In this document: one piece after another, positions 16,847 to 27,094 of the stretch | Layout: every line of letters starts with the position of its first letter | Numbering within the stretch: the stretch's first letter is position 1 | Assembly (NCBI GenBank): GCA_044355315.1 | Contig: JBIKYJ010000001.1 | Span: forward strand, 1 to 31,579 | Source: Alphaproteobacteria bacterium | GTDB taxonomy: Bacteria > Pseudomonadota > Alphaproteobacteria > JALRGP01 | DNA: 31,579 bases | Direction: 5' to 3' | The notes under the pieces: generated by a model | The model's input: the letters and a program-made list of their open reading frames with translations, nothing else | Databases searched by the model: none | What the model was told of the DNA's origin: nothing | Translations under genes and position numbers: made by a program

Positions 16847-19538
16847 AAGGGCACAAGGAATTACGTGTTTTTGGGGGAGTGATAATCTCTTCGATTGGTG
16901 TCTGATCCTCTTTTTCGGGAATTAAATCTTTGAAATTTTTGGATGACCTGAGATCATCCGATAACATTTTTAAAAAATTTGGATCTTTCATCAATTTATC
17001 CATATCTAAGTTTTTTAAAAAATCAAGTTGTTGAGATTCATCGTCCTCCTCCTCATCATCATCCGATGAAATATGTTGTCCTTCATAATGGCAAAATGCC
17101 GATGCAAAATCAGTTTTCACCTGTTCCATCATCGATTGAAATAAATGGAATGCCTCTTTTTTATATTCATTCAGAGGGTTTCCTTGAGCATAAGACCGTA
17201 AATTAATCCCTTGTCTTAGGTGATCAAGGGTAAGTAAATGATTTTTCCAAGAGTGATCTAAAACACGCAGCAACATATTTTTTTCAGAAGTGATACTGTC
17301 AAAAGTTTTTGACACATTTTCCACAAAGTTATCCACAAGCTTTTTTGTTTCTAAACGTAGCAAAACCGGTGTCAAATGGGGCTGTGATTTCCAGTCATCC
17401 ACCGGAAAGTCCAGCGAAAACAGGCGTTTCCCATCTTGGTAAATTTGATCAAAGTCCCATTCGCCCTCGCTAGCCTTAGCATTTTCAAACTTATCCACAA
17501 ATTGATCCACAACATCGTTGAATAACTCTTGGCGAAGATCACTTAAGTTTGTTGAATCCATGATCTCCAAGCGTTGATTATAAACCACTTTACGTTGATC
17601 GTTCATTACATCATCAAAACGCAATAAATTTTTACGAATATCAAAGTTATGGGCCTCGATGCGTTGTTGGGCTTTTTCAATGGAGCGGTTTAACCATTTA
17701 TGGGCCAAGACTTCGTCTTCTTTTGTACCAAAGCGACGTAGCATCGTATCCATACGTTGTGTAGCGCCAAATACACGAATAAGCTCGTCCTGAATGGAAA
17801 TGAAAAATTGAGAAGCTCCTGGGTCTCCTTGGCGTCCTGCTCGTCCGCGCAATTGGTTGTCGACGCGTCTGCTTTCATGCCTCTCTGTTCCAATAATAAA
17901 TAACCCCCCCGCAGCTTTGACTTTTTCTTTATTGTCAAAAATATCATCTTTTACTCGTTGGGTGATACGCTCAATCTCATTCGGGTCATCAATACCTTCT
18001 AATTCTTTTTCAAGACGCATATCTAAATTTCCGCCCAATTGAATGTCTGTTCCGCGTCCTGCCATGTTGGTGGCAACAGTAACGGCACCAAAGCGACCTG
18101 CTTCTGCAATAATATAAGCTTCCTTTTCATGGTGGCGGGCATTCAAGACCTGATGAGGAATCTGTTCTTTGTTTAACAAATTTGAAATGAGCTCAGACTT
18201 TTCAATGCTGGTGGTTCCAACCAAAACCGGTTGCCCACGTTCACGGCATTCCTTAATTAAAGCAACCACAGCAGTATATTTTCCTTGGGTAGTTAAATAG
18301 ATATGATCATCTAAATCACGACGTTGAACAGGAACGTTGGGGGGGATTTCTATAACGCGCAGTTTGTAAATCTCCTCAAATTCTGCTTCTTCTGTCATAG
18401 CCGTTCCAGCCATTCCGGATAATTTGGGGTATTGTCTAAAGAAGTTTTGATAGGTGATGGAAGCAAGGGTTTGATTTTCCGTTTGTATATGAACTTTTTC
18501 TTTGGCTTCCAAAGCTTGATGAAGGCCATCAGAATAACGGCGCCCTTCCATCATACGACCCGTAAATTCATCGATGATAATGACTTGTTGATCTTTGACA
18601 ATATAATCCACATCACGACTAAACAATTTGTGCGCTTTAAGGGCAGCATGGACGTGATGGACGAGTGCAATATTATTGACATCATAAAGGGACCCGCCTT
18701 TTAATAAATCATGCTCTCTTAAAAGACTTTCCATTTTTTCAATGCCTGCTTCGGATAAGATGACTGTGTGCTGTTTTTCATCCTTTTCATAATCACTCTC
18801 AATCAAATGAGGAATTAAAACATTAATCGCTTTATACAACTCCGACGAATCTTCAGCAGGACCAGAAATAATTAAAGGAGTACGGGCTTCGTCAATGAGA
18901 ATACTATCCACCTCATCTACAATCGCAAAATTAAAAGGACGCATGACCATGTCTTCTTTTTTGAATTTCATATTGTCTTTTAAATAATCAAAGCCAAATT
19001 CAGAGTTTGTGCCATAGGTTACATCACATCCATAAGCTTCGCGCCTTTGGTAATCACTGAGGCCATGATAAATGCACCCAACGCTGAGTCCTAAAAAATT
19101 ATAGAGTTTTCCCATCGTTTTTGCGTCACGTTTTACCAAATAATCATTGACTGTGACGATATGGACACCTTTTCCGGTTAAAGTATTTAAATACACCGGT
19201 AGTGTTGCCATTAATGTTTTTCCTTCCCCAGTTTTCATTTCGGCAATCATTCCTTCGTGCAAAGTCATGCCGCCAATTAACTGAACATCATAGGGACGCA
19301 TACCTAAAACGCGCCATGCGGCTTCGCGTACGGTTGCAAAAGCTTCTGGCAATAGTTCAGATAAATGGACACCACTTTCAACTTTTTCTTTTAAAAATGC
19401 CGTTTTTCCTTGCAATTCTTCATCCGTTAATGCTTTAAATGACTCTTGATATTGATTGATTTTCTTGACAGATGCATTAAATGTTTTTAAAGCCCGGTCA
19501 TTGGCACTGCCTAAAAATAATCTTAATATTTTTTTCAT
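16794..19538 (-). CDS. secA: Preprotein translocase ATPase SecA
   Basis: MKTGEGKT, VDEVDSILIDEARTPLIISG, TNMAGRGTDI, GRAGRQGDPG and C-terminal SEC-C CPCGSRKRYKNCHG. Confidence 0.99.
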   Translation of the reverse strand: MKKILRLFLGSANDRALKTFNASVKKINQYQESFKALTDEELQGKTAFLKEKVESGVHLSELLPEAFATVREAAWRVLGMRPYDVQLIGGMTLHEGMIAEMKTGEGKTLMATLPVYLNTLTGKGVHIVTVNDYLVKRDAKTMGKLYNFLGLSVGCIYHGLSDYQRREAYGCDVTYGTNSEFGFDYLKDNMKFKKEDMVMRPFNFAIVDEVDSILIDEARTPLIISGPAEDSSELYKAINVLIPHLIESDYEKDEKQHTVILSEAGIEKMESLLREHDLLKGGSLYDVNNIALVHHVHAALKAHKLFSRDVDYIVKDQQVIIIDEFTGRMMEGRRYSDGLHQALEAKEKVHIQTENQTLASITYQNFFRQYPKLSGMAGTAMTEEAEFEEIYKLRVIEIPPNVPVQRRDLDDHIYLTTQGKYTAVVALIKECRERGQPVLVGTTSIEKSELISNLLNKEQIPHQVLNARHHEKEAYIIAEAGRFGAVTVATNMAGRGTDIQLGGNLDMRLEKELEGIDDPNEIERITQRVKDDIFDNKEKVKAAGGLFIIGTERHESRRVDNQLRGRAGRQGDPGASQFFISIQDELIRVFGATQRMDTMLRRFGTKEDEVLAHKWLNRSIEKAQQRIEAHNFDIRKNLLRFDDVMNDQRKVVYNQRLEIMDSTNLSDLRQELFNDVVDQFVDKFENAKASEGEWDFDQIYQDGKRLFSLDFPVDDWKSQPHLTPVLLRLETKKLVDNFVENVSKTFDSITSEKNMLLRVLDHSWKNHLLTLDHLRQGINLRSYAQGNPLNEYKKEAFHLFQSMMEQVKTDFASAFCHYEGQHISSDDDEEEDDESQQLDFLKNLDMDKLMKDPNFLKMLSDDLRSSKNFKDLIPEKEDQTPIEEIITPPKTRNSLCPCGSRKRYKNCHGQVDTI

Positions 19539-19651
19539 ACTCGTTGATTAGGTGACATAAACCCCTTATATTAAATCATACATGAATTTAGGAATTATGC
19601 AGAATATTCTTAATATAGGAGGACATAAAAACTGGGAAATATTGCAATGCT

Positions 19652-21415
19652 TTATCCTCCTCCTGCTTCAAAGCGTACAAAGTTTTGATAAAAATCCGAG
19701 GATGTCATCAGCTCACCATGGGTGCCAATCGTTTCGATTTTTCCTTTAGACATCACAATGATTTTATCCGCGGATAAAATGGTTTGAAGACGGTGTGCAA
19801 TAATTAAGGTTGTTCCGTCATAAAAATTATTTTTAAAAATATCTTGACCAGAACTGTCCAAAAAATTGGTTGGCTCATCCAATAATAATATTTTTGATGG
19901 TCGAAGCAAGGCTCGGGCCAAAGAGAGTCGTTGTTTTTGTCCTCCTGACAAAGAGAATCCCTTTGATCCTAATGGTGTAAAAATACCCTTGGGAAGAGTC
20001 TGAATCACCCGGTCAAGTCCTGTTTTTTCCACGATTTCATCAACATGATGCTTTAAGACATTGGGGCACCCGTATAATAAATTATCCAAAAATGTTCCAC
20101 AAAAAATTGCTGGTTCCTGTTGGGCATATGAAATGTGTTGTCTGATATCAAACGGGTGAATATGATCACTGTCAATTCCTTCAATATAAATATGACCGCT
20201 GGCGGGGGTATAAAATTTTAATAATAATGAGAAGATTGTGGATTTTCCAGCACCATTAGGCCCCACAATCGCCACGACTTCTTTCGGGTGAGCTGAAAAA
20301 CTAATGTGGTCTAATACTTTTTTAAGAGGTTGAGTGGGGTAAGAAAAACTAACGTTATGAAACGCGAGAATACCCTTTGGATTTTTAATTGGTTTATAGG
20401 ATATCAACGAAGTCTGTGGAATTTTTTTAATAATGTCAAGGATTCGTAATGATGCACCGCAAGCCTTGTGAAAATCCCCCGCAATATTGCCAAAAGATGC
20501 AATGCTGCCGCAAAATGCAGCAAAAAAAACTAAAAAAGATGTGAGATTTTCAACAGAAATACGCTCATGTGCTAACTCATATTTTCCAAAAAATAATAAA
20601 ATGATCGCCCCCAAAAATGCACAAAAAAACATCCACGTTGATAGCCATGCTCTAGCATGGGCGGTCTTCATGGCTGCAGCATGGCAGGTCATACCCAATT
20701 CATGGCTGCGTACATCCTCAATAGGCTCACGGGTAAATGTTTGAACGGTTTTGATATTAGATAAATTATCTTCAATGTAATGGTGATAATCACCAATAAT
20801 CTCTTGGGCTTGGTATGAGTAGCAGCGCACTTTTTTTCCATATAAAAATAATGGATATAAAATAATGGGTAAAAAAATGATACTATATCCGCTCATGAAC
20901 ATGGAGCTGGTCAACATCATATAAAGCGATCCAAAAAAAATAAGAGTATTACGCATAAAAATAGATAAGCCTGAACATAATGTTCCTTGAATTAAAAATA
21001 AATCTAAATTAAGTGCAGACAAAATATGACCAATTTTTATGTTTTCAAAAAAAGATAAAGGAGCACGTATTAATTTTTGATATAAATCAACACGGATATC
21101 ATTTGTGATTTTTTCTCCTAGCCATAAAACATGATAAATTCTTGAATAAGTTGTAAATCCTAATAAAAATAATCCCATACCTAAAAATGTAACTATTGGG
21201 ATAATGGGAATATCTGACGATAATAAAAAATGAGAAATGCCTTTTTTAACCCCTTGGCTAAGAACAATAAAGGCAATGGTTGCAATAAACAAGGTTACTA
21301 ATGTTAAAAAAAGACGTTTTTTGTAAAATTTTGCATAAACCCAAAATAATTGAATAAAAGCGGACATGTCATCATATGTTGCTAAGATTAACACATTGTA
21401 TCTCGTTAGAGACAT
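19652..21415 (-). CDS. MsbA-like ABC exporter (fused TMD-NBD)
   Basis: N-terminal TM domain, Walker A GPNGAGKST, signature LSGGQKQR, Walker B LLLDEPT and H-loop IIAHRL. Confidence 0.92.
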   Translation of the reverse strand: MSLTRYNVLILATYDDMSAFIQLFWVYAKFYKKRLFLTLVTLFIATIAFIVLSQGVKKGISHFLLSSDIPIIPIVTFLGMGLFLLGFTTYSRIYHVLWLGEKITNDIRVDLYQKLIRAPLSFFENIKIGHILSALNLDLFLIQGTLCSGLSIFMRNTLIFFGSLYMMLTSSMFMSGYSIIFLPIILYPLFLYGKKVRCYSYQAQEIIGDYHHYIEDNLSNIKTVQTFTREPIEDVRSHELGMTCHAAAMKTAHARAWLSTWMFFCAFLGAIILLFFGKYELAHERISVENLTSFLVFFAAFCGSIASFGNIAGDFHKACGASLRILDIIKKIPQTSLISYKPIKNPKGILAFHNVSFSYPTQPLKKVLDHISFSAHPKEVVAIVGPNGAGKSTIFSLLLKFYTPASGHIYIEGIDSDHIHPFDIRQHISYAQQEPAIFCGTFLDNLLYGCPNVLKHHVDEIVEKTGLDRVIQTLPKGIFTPLGSKGFSLSGGQKQRLSLARALLRPSKILLLDEPTNFLDSSGQDIFKNNFYDGTTLIIAHRLQTILSADKIIVMSKGKIETIGTHGELMTSSDFYQNFVRFEAGGG

Positions 21416-21624
21416 AGGCTACAAACCATAGAGAACGCATCTTAGTAAATTTTATGTCATGAAATCCTGAGTTAAATTGGTGGCAATAAACTTCAAGAAT
21501 TCTTTACCATTTTAAAAAAAATGATAGGACTGATTGTGTTTTTGATAATTTAATAAACTTAATTTTGTAAACAATATCTTTTTTTTGCTACAATTTTGTT
21601 ATTGGTCGGTAATATGTCTTCATT

Positions 21625-23064
21625 TTGTTACGTTTTTTTTTATCTTTCACCTTAGGTTTTTCTTTTTTTAGTTACAGTTTGCCTAAAGTTTCAAAAAGCC
21701 AATCTTGTCGAGATTTAAAAACAGCGTTAGAGGCCGCCTATAAAAACAACGGTACCATCTTAGAAGCTCGTCAAAACGTTTTATCTAATCACGACAAAAT
21801 CACACAATATTTAGCAGGATTCAAACCAACCGTCACATTTAATGCTGGTCTTCAAAAAAGTTATAATTCTATTTCTAATAATCAAGCTGGAAATGTCCTT
21901 GATCCGACCACTCAATCAACCGGTGGTGAACAAACACAGAGAACCTATGGTGTCCGAGGCGAATACAACATTTTTGAAGGGGGGCGTACGATCCATGGAT
22001 TCAAAGCACAAGATACTCAAATCAGAGCCCTTTGGGCAGATTTACAAAGCAAAGAACAAAATGTACTGCTTGAGGTTGTTAAATCTTATTTAGATATTTT
22101 GTATTACCAAGGGGTATGTAAATCTTACAGGGCTGCATTAGATCAGTACAAGCGCGCCTATGACAGTGCCTTTGAAAAAAATAAAGTTGGAGATGAGGCT
22201 TTAACACAGGTTAAAAATGCCGAAGCAGAATATAATAATGCTTTGTCTATTCTTCAGCAAAACGAACAACAACTCATTCAATCTCAAAATAATTTTCATC
22301 AATTAACGGGTGTGGAGGCCCAAGATCTGCGTTCAGTGGATTTTCCAGATGTCAAAAATATGCAAAATATTGAACGTCTTTTTGATAAGGCTAAGGATAA
22401 AAATCCAAATATTTTAACTATAATTCTTCAACACAAAAGTGCACAATACGAAAAGAGAACAGCAGAAGGATCTATGTTGCCACGTGCAGATTTATTTGTT
22501 CAGGTCAATCGATCGGAATCACCATCACGTCAAGATGGAAATCCACTCGTAAATGGAGGGTTATCTTTTCCTGGAGGTCAGTTATTTACTAATCAGTTCC
22601 AAACGCAAACACAATTTGGTATTAATGTGAGATGGACATTGTACGACGGTGGTGTTGCCAGGTCTCAAAGACGTTTAGCTCATGAAAAATCCATGTTGTC
22701 TCGTGTTACTTTAAACAAAATTTTTCAACAACTTCGTCAAAGTATTCGTGATGGCGTCAGTGCAATTAAGATTTTTAAAGATAATATTGATATTCAAAAA
22801 GCACAAATCAATGCACGCAAAATTGCTTTAGAAGCTACTATCCAAGAGCAAAACGCAGGAACGAAGGTTGTTTTAGACGTTTTGTTTGCTCAAAAATTTT
22901 TATTGGACGCTGAGCGAGGACACCAAGAGGCTCTGCGCTCCTATTTCGTGGCTTATTATACGTTGTTGTCAATTGTAGGAGATCTCAACCCCAGCTATTT
23001 AAAATTAAAAATTGATGAGTTCAATCCAATTGCACACTACGATCAAGCAAAAAAACGTATGTAA
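21625..23064 (+). CDS. tolC: TolC-family outer membrane channel
   Basis: Signal peptide, duplicated OEP pattern (ALEAAYKNN...FKPTV; YNIFEGG; MLPRADL; WTLYDGG) and AGTKVVLDVLFAQ. TTG start. Confidence 0.88.
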   Translation: MLRFFLSFTLGFSFFSYSLPKVSKSQSCRDLKTALEAAYKNNGTILEARQNVLSNHDKITQYLAGFKPTVTFNAGLQKSYNSISNNQAGNVLDPTTQSTGGEQTQRTYGVRGEYNIFEGGRTIHGFKAQDTQIRALWADLQSKEQNVLLEVVKSYLDILYYQGVCKSYRAALDQYKRAYDSAFEKNKVGDEALTQVKNAEAEYNNALSILQQNEQQLIQSQNNFHQLTGVEAQDLRSVDFPDVKNMQNIERLFDKAKDKNPNILTIILQHKSAQYEKRTAEGSMLPRADLFVQVNRSESPSRQDGNPLVNGGLSFPGGQLFTNQFQTQTQFGINVRWTLYDGGVARSQRRLAHEKSMLSRVTLNKIFQQLRQSIRDGVSAIKIFKDNIDIQKAQINARKIALEATIQEQNAGTKVVLDVLFAQKFLLDAERGHQEALRSYFVAYYTLLSIVGDLNPSYLKLKIDEFNPIAHYDQAKKRM

Positions 23065-23076
23065 CACAGGCTATAT

Positions 23077-23103
23077 CCCCCCTAATGTGTATTTATAGGG
23101 GGG
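23077..23103 (+). terminator. GC hairpin after tolC
   Basis: CCCCCCTA-N11-TAGGGGGG; no U tract. Confidence 0.35.
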
Positions 23104-23293
23104 GTACGCACATGTTAGTAATCAGAATGTTTGTATTTAAATGAATGATTCTGCTCAAATCATTACCAAATTTTCAAAAACCATATTTTTTTCAAATTTA
23201 CCCCCATCTTTTTATCCCACCTCATGAGTTTATGAGTTGAGCTCGTACAAAATTTGTAATTTATAAGAAGAATAAGTATAATAAAAGTATGGA

Positions 23294-23369
23294 TGGGGCA
23301 TAGCCAAGTTGGTAAGGCAACGGTTTTTGGTACCGTCATCCCTAGGTTCGAGTCCTAGTGCCCCAGCCA
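23294..23369 (+). tRNA. tRNA-Gln(UUG)
   Basis: TGGGGCA/TGCCCCA acceptor stem, anticodon arm ACGGT-TTTTGGT-ACCGT, GGTTCGAGTCC T-loop and encoded CCA. Confidence 0.97.
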
Positions 23370-23399
23370 GTTGTATATATACTTAATATAAAAGTTATC

Positions 23400-24434
23400 A
23401 TGACAGACTGCGTTCTTCTTCCTGTCGCTGGCGTTGAAATTTATACTTATTTTGTTTTTATCATTGGTGTTGCTGGTGGTTTTATATCATCGGTGTTTGG
23501 TGTTGGTAGTGGTTTAATCATTACTCCTTGTTTAATGATGATGGGAATCCCCCCGTTAGTCAGTGTATCCTCTCAATTAAATAATGCTGCAAGCACAGGC
23601 TTTGTATCATTTTTGGCTTATTTTAAAAAGCGTGACGTTGATATTGCTTTAGGCATGTATTTATTTTTTGGAGGATTATGTGGCGCCATCTTAGAATTTT
23701 TCTTTTTAGATCATTTTAGGGGACGCATTAAAATATTTGCTGTCATATTTTTAAGTTTTTTAGCAATAATTATGTTCCTTCAAAACGTTGTTTTTAAAAA
23801 TTCTCATCAATCCAGACCTTCAGGAGTCAGCATGCGACATTGGATGATTTACATTCCATTTCACCGCATATTTATTCGATCACGGGTAGAAATGAGTATT
23901 TTGGTTCCTTTCTTTATTGGTATTATAACTGGTTTATTAACATCGTCGTTGGGAGGTGCCACAAGCATTTTAACTATCCCCATGTTAACCTATATTATTG
24001 GTCGTGTCAGTGCCGCGGTAACAGGAACATCATTTTTAGCTGGTTTTGGTATTAATACAGTCATTATCATTTTACATTCTTTAAATGGGGCTCCCTGTGA
24101 TTTTGTTTTAGTTTTTTTACTCATATCGGGGGGAATTCTTGGTGTTATGTTAGGTATTTTTTTTCTTAATTATCTGCCTAAAGATTGCGTAGGGATTTTG
24201 GGATCACTTATTATTATTGGAGTGTGCATCAAATTTTGGATTGATGTACTTTTGTCAAAAGAACATAGTATTGATGATTCCTCTACTTTGCTTATTGCTG
24301 ATTGGCTGAAACCTTTTATGGACCATTATGCCTTTGAATATTCAATGACTTGTTTATTTGCTTTTATTTTGTTTGCGTGGGTTTTACAAAGTACCTTATT
24401 AAAAATCACTGATCTTATACGTAAAAATTCGTAA
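23400..24434 (+). CDS. TauE/SafE (TSUP) family membrane protein
   Basis: GFISSVFGVGSGLIITPCLMMMGIPP and a second repeat GGATSILTIPMLTYIIG; multi-TM. Start moved to ATG 23400 because the track start (23358) lies inside the tRNA. Confidence 0.85.
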   Translation: MTDCVLLPVAGVEIYTYFVFIIGVAGGFISSVFGVGSGLIITPCLMMMGIPPLVSVSSQLNNAASTGFVSFLAYFKKRDVDIALGMYLFFGGLCGAILEFFFLDHFRGRIKIFAVIFLSFLAIIMFLQNVVFKNSHQSRPSGVSMRHWMIYIPFHRIFIRSRVEMSILVPFFIGIITGLLTSSLGGATSILTIPMLTYIIGRVSAAVTGTSFLAGFGINTVIIILHSLNGAPCDFVLVFLLISGGILGVMLGIFFLNYLPKDCVGILGSLIIIGVCIKFWIDVLLSKEHSIDDSSTLLIADWLKPFMDHYAFEYSMTCLFAFILFAWVLQSTLLKITDLIRKNS

Positions 24435-24530
24435 CGTCTTTTTATTTAATCCTTTAAAATTGAGAGAATCTTAAAGCGGTTACATATTATGCCTTTGTCT
24501 TTATTCATTCATAAATTTTAAAATGTTTTA

Positions 24531-24557
24531 AAAAGGCAGAAATATCTTCTGCCTTTT
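24531..24557. terminator. Bidirectional intrinsic terminator
   Basis: AAAAGGCAGAA-atatc-TTCTGCCTTTT between convergent genes. Confidence 0.8.
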
Positions 24558-24585
24558 GTTAAAAATTATCACCCCTAGTTATTAC

Positions 24586-25638
24586 CTAAAGACTCTCAAT
24601 TTCATCCATGATAGAAACCATTTCTCTAGATAAATTTTGCATCTCTTCTTGAGCTTTTGCGTAGTTTTCAAGAGCATCTTTTAAAAAATTTCTAGCCCCT
24701 GGAATCTGCTCATTTGCACCCTTCTTAAGTTCTGGAGTTCCATGCGTGTTGATGACAGATAAAAGTTTATCTAGGTACTCTTGAGAGAATTCTTTGCCTG
24801 ACACAGTATTTTTAATTTCCTTATTTAAATGACCCATACCATCAATATCTTCAGATAATACTGAAATAATCATTTGTGCAGTGTCAAGATTATTATTTCC
24901 AGCAGTAATCTTTTTTTCAGAGTCACTCAATTGCTGTTTACATGTTTCAAATTTTTTATTTAGATCTTGAATTTGTTTTTTTTTCTTATCGTCTTGTTTG
25001 AATTCTTCTAACATTTTTTTTAAAAAATCATTTACTTTATTTAAAAAAACTGGATCTTTTAAGTCATTCAAATCTTTTTGAATACTGATTTTGACTGTGT
25101 TCGCATCTAATGATGGCTGCTGATCTGCTCTAGATGATACAGAGATTTGTTCTTGTGGACCAAAAGATTGATGAGAAGATAGTCTTCTTAATTCAGACTT
25201 TTCAGATATTTTTTTAAAACATTCTGGAATTTCTAATTTTTCCACTTTTACATTTGATCTCTCAACAGTTTTTTTCTGAAGAGGGGCCCATTCTTTAATT
25301 CTACCTACAGGAGCCGCAGATGGCTTGTAATTTGATATATATTGATGTATAGCTGCAATTTCAGTGAAAGATGGTTTGGGTTCTACTTGTCCATATAGTT
25401 GCTTGTTTTTTTCAACAAAACTCAATTCATCTTTACTTAATTTTTCAAAAATTTTTCCCAAAAATTCTTTTGAACTATCAATATTTTTAAATTCGGCTGC
25501 TTTTTTAAAAATATTTTTTACATTTTCTTGCGACATGTTCGTTCTAAACTTATTAATCAAATGTTGTTCTTCATTTGATTCCATTGAATGAATTGCTGCC
25601 GTGCTGACCAACAATCCAATTAGTATTTTTCTATACAT
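24586..25638 (-). CDS. Hypothetical secreted coiled-coil protein
   Basis: GGAG RBS 6 nt before ATG 25638; signal-peptide-like MYRKILIGLLVSTAAIHS; K/E/Q-rich heptad-like C-terminal half. Confidence 0.75.
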   Translation of the reverse strand: MYRKILIGLLVSTAAIHSMESNEEQHLINKFRTNMSQENVKNIFKKAAEFKNIDSSKEFLGKIFEKLSKDELSFVEKNKQLYGQVEPKPSFTEIAAIHQYISNYKPSAAPVGRIKEWAPLQKKTVERSNVKVEKLEIPECFKKISEKSELRRLSSHQSFGPQEQISVSSRADQQPSLDANTVKISIQKDLNDLKDPVFLNKVNDFLKKMLEEFKQDDKKKKQIQDLNKKFETCKQQLSDSEKKITAGNNNLDTAQMIISVLSEDIDGMGHLNKEIKNTVSGKEFSQEYLDKLLSVINTHGTPELKKGANEQIPGARNFLKDALENYAKAQEEMQNLSREMVSIMDEIESL

Positions 25639-25764
25639 AGTTAACTCCATTAGTATTTGATTATTTTCCAAAGACTCCATTGTCTGTGAAAGGGATGATT
25701 AAGGCTTATATCCAAAATATATATAAATCTATCTCATCCTATTTAATAAAATCATATATAAATA

Positions 25765-25779
25765 TTAATAAATGGTTAA
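25765..25779. promoter_or_regulatory. CtrA-type box upstream of the coiled-coil gene
   Basis: TTAA-taaatgg-TTAA; the minus strand reads TTAACCATTTATTAA and contains the TTAACCAT half-site. Confidence 0.5.
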
Positions 25780-25869
25780 TTTTTTACTCTTTTAAAAAAA
25801 TCTTGGCAGATAATCTCATCTATCCTACAAAGTATTTTTTTATAGGATGAATTTTAATGTTCATCACAA

Positions 25870-27051
25870 CTATGCAAATCTAGATAAAGATTGGTTATTT
25901 AAAATTTCACGAACGACTTGTTGATCTGAAAATGGCAATATTTTATCCTTTACAATTTGTCCTTCCTCGTGTCCTTTTCCTGCAATCAAAAGAATATCCT
26001 GAGGTTCCATATATGATATTGCGTATAAAATCGCCTCATAACGATTGGCAATATCCATACCTTTTAAGGCTCCTTGTAAAATTTGTTGGCGTATAGAAGA
26101 TGGATCTTCAAATCTTGGGTTGTCGTCGGTTATGATGACGTAATCAGATAAATGTTGGGCAATACTTCCCATTATGGGGCGTTTATGGGGATCACGGTTT
26201 CCACCACACCCCAAAATGACCCATAATTTTTTCGGATTGTATTCTTTCAACGACAATAGTGCTTTTTCCAATGCGTCTGGTGTATGGGCATAATCCACAA
26301 CCACCATTTTTTGTTGATGAGAAAAACACTCCATACGTCCTTTGATAGGAGTCATCATAGGAATGAACGGTAAAATCTCTTTGATTTTTGACAAGTTATT
26401 TTTAAAAACAATGGCCAAGGCAATTAAAACATTATCCACCTGAAAACGCCCCAAATAAGGTAAATTAACATGCCCAACAAAAGTACCCTCAACTGTTAAA
26501 TCGAAACGTGTTTGTCCATTGTCAAAAATAATATGATTGGCTTGGATATCTGCGTCCAATTGGCGTGATGAGGTCGTGAGAATCTGGTGTTTTTTTTTCT
26601 TGCAAACCATTAAAAAATCATCAAAGTTCTCATCGTCATGGTTTAAAACAGCCGTTTGTCCTTGTGACAAATAATCATTAAACAATTTAATTTTTGCATT
26701 CTTATAATTCTCAAACGTTTTATGATAATCTAAATGATCATGGGTTAGATTAGTAAATGCGGCGACGGTAAGTGATGATTTAGAAATTCTGTTTTGATGT
26801 AACCCATGGCTAGACGCTTCAAATACAAGATGTTGAATGGATTCTTGTGACATAAAGTCTAGTACTTTTAAAAATCTTTTTTCTTCGTAAGTGGTTAAAT
26901 GAGGTCCATCTAAATTAATTCTTTTATCATTAAAAAAAATTCCAAGGGTTCCCATTGATACATGTGGACAATTTAAAAATTTCCACAGTTCTTTAACCAT
27001 ATGAACCGTTGAAGATTTTCCATTTGTCCCTGTTATTGCAGCTTGTTCCAT
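25870..27051 (-). CDS. murE: UDP-MurNAc-tripeptide ligase MurE, lacking the N-terminal domain
   Basis: GTNGKSS, FEASSHGL, FTNLTHDHLDYH, DYAHTPDA, GCGGNRD, DNPR (meso-DAP type) and AGKGHE. Only 393 aa; the P-loop starts at residue 8. Confidence 0.9.
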   Translation of the reverse strand: MEQAAITGTNGKSSTVHMVKELWKFLNCPHVSMGTLGIFFNDKRINLDGPHLTTYEEKRFLKVLDFMSQESIQHLVFEASSHGLHQNRISKSSLTVAAFTNLTHDHLDYHKTFENYKNAKIKLFNDYLSQGQTAVLNHDDENFDDFLMVCKKKKHQILTTSSRQLDADIQANHIIFDNGQTRFDLTVEGTFVGHVNLPYLGRFQVDNVLIALAIVFKNNLSKIKEILPFIPMMTPIKGRMECFSHQQKMVVVDYAHTPDALEKALLSLKEYNPKKLWVILGCGGNRDPHKRPIMGSIAQHLSDYVIITDDNPRFEDPSSIRQQILQGALKGMDIANRYEAILYAISYMEPQDILLIAGKGHEEGQIVKDKILPFSDQQVVREILNNQSLSRFA

Positions 27052-27094
27052 TACAACATTTTATGAAATTTTCTCAACCTTATCCTACCATGAT

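Noticed and set aside
18400-18420. SecA motif III reads GMAGTA instead of GMTGTA
   Set aside because: Single substitution in an otherwise canonical SecA; no evidence of functional novelty.
21614-21641. Phase variation of tolC via ATG 21614 plus a T9 tract
   Set aside because: One extra T would fuse this ATG to tolC, but the in-frame TTG start already gives a good signal peptide (MLRFFLSFTLGFSFFSYS), and T runs are common here.
23358-23399. Track start of the TauE/SafE ORF
   Set aside because: It overlaps the 3' end of tRNA-Gln; ATG 23400 is the plausible start.
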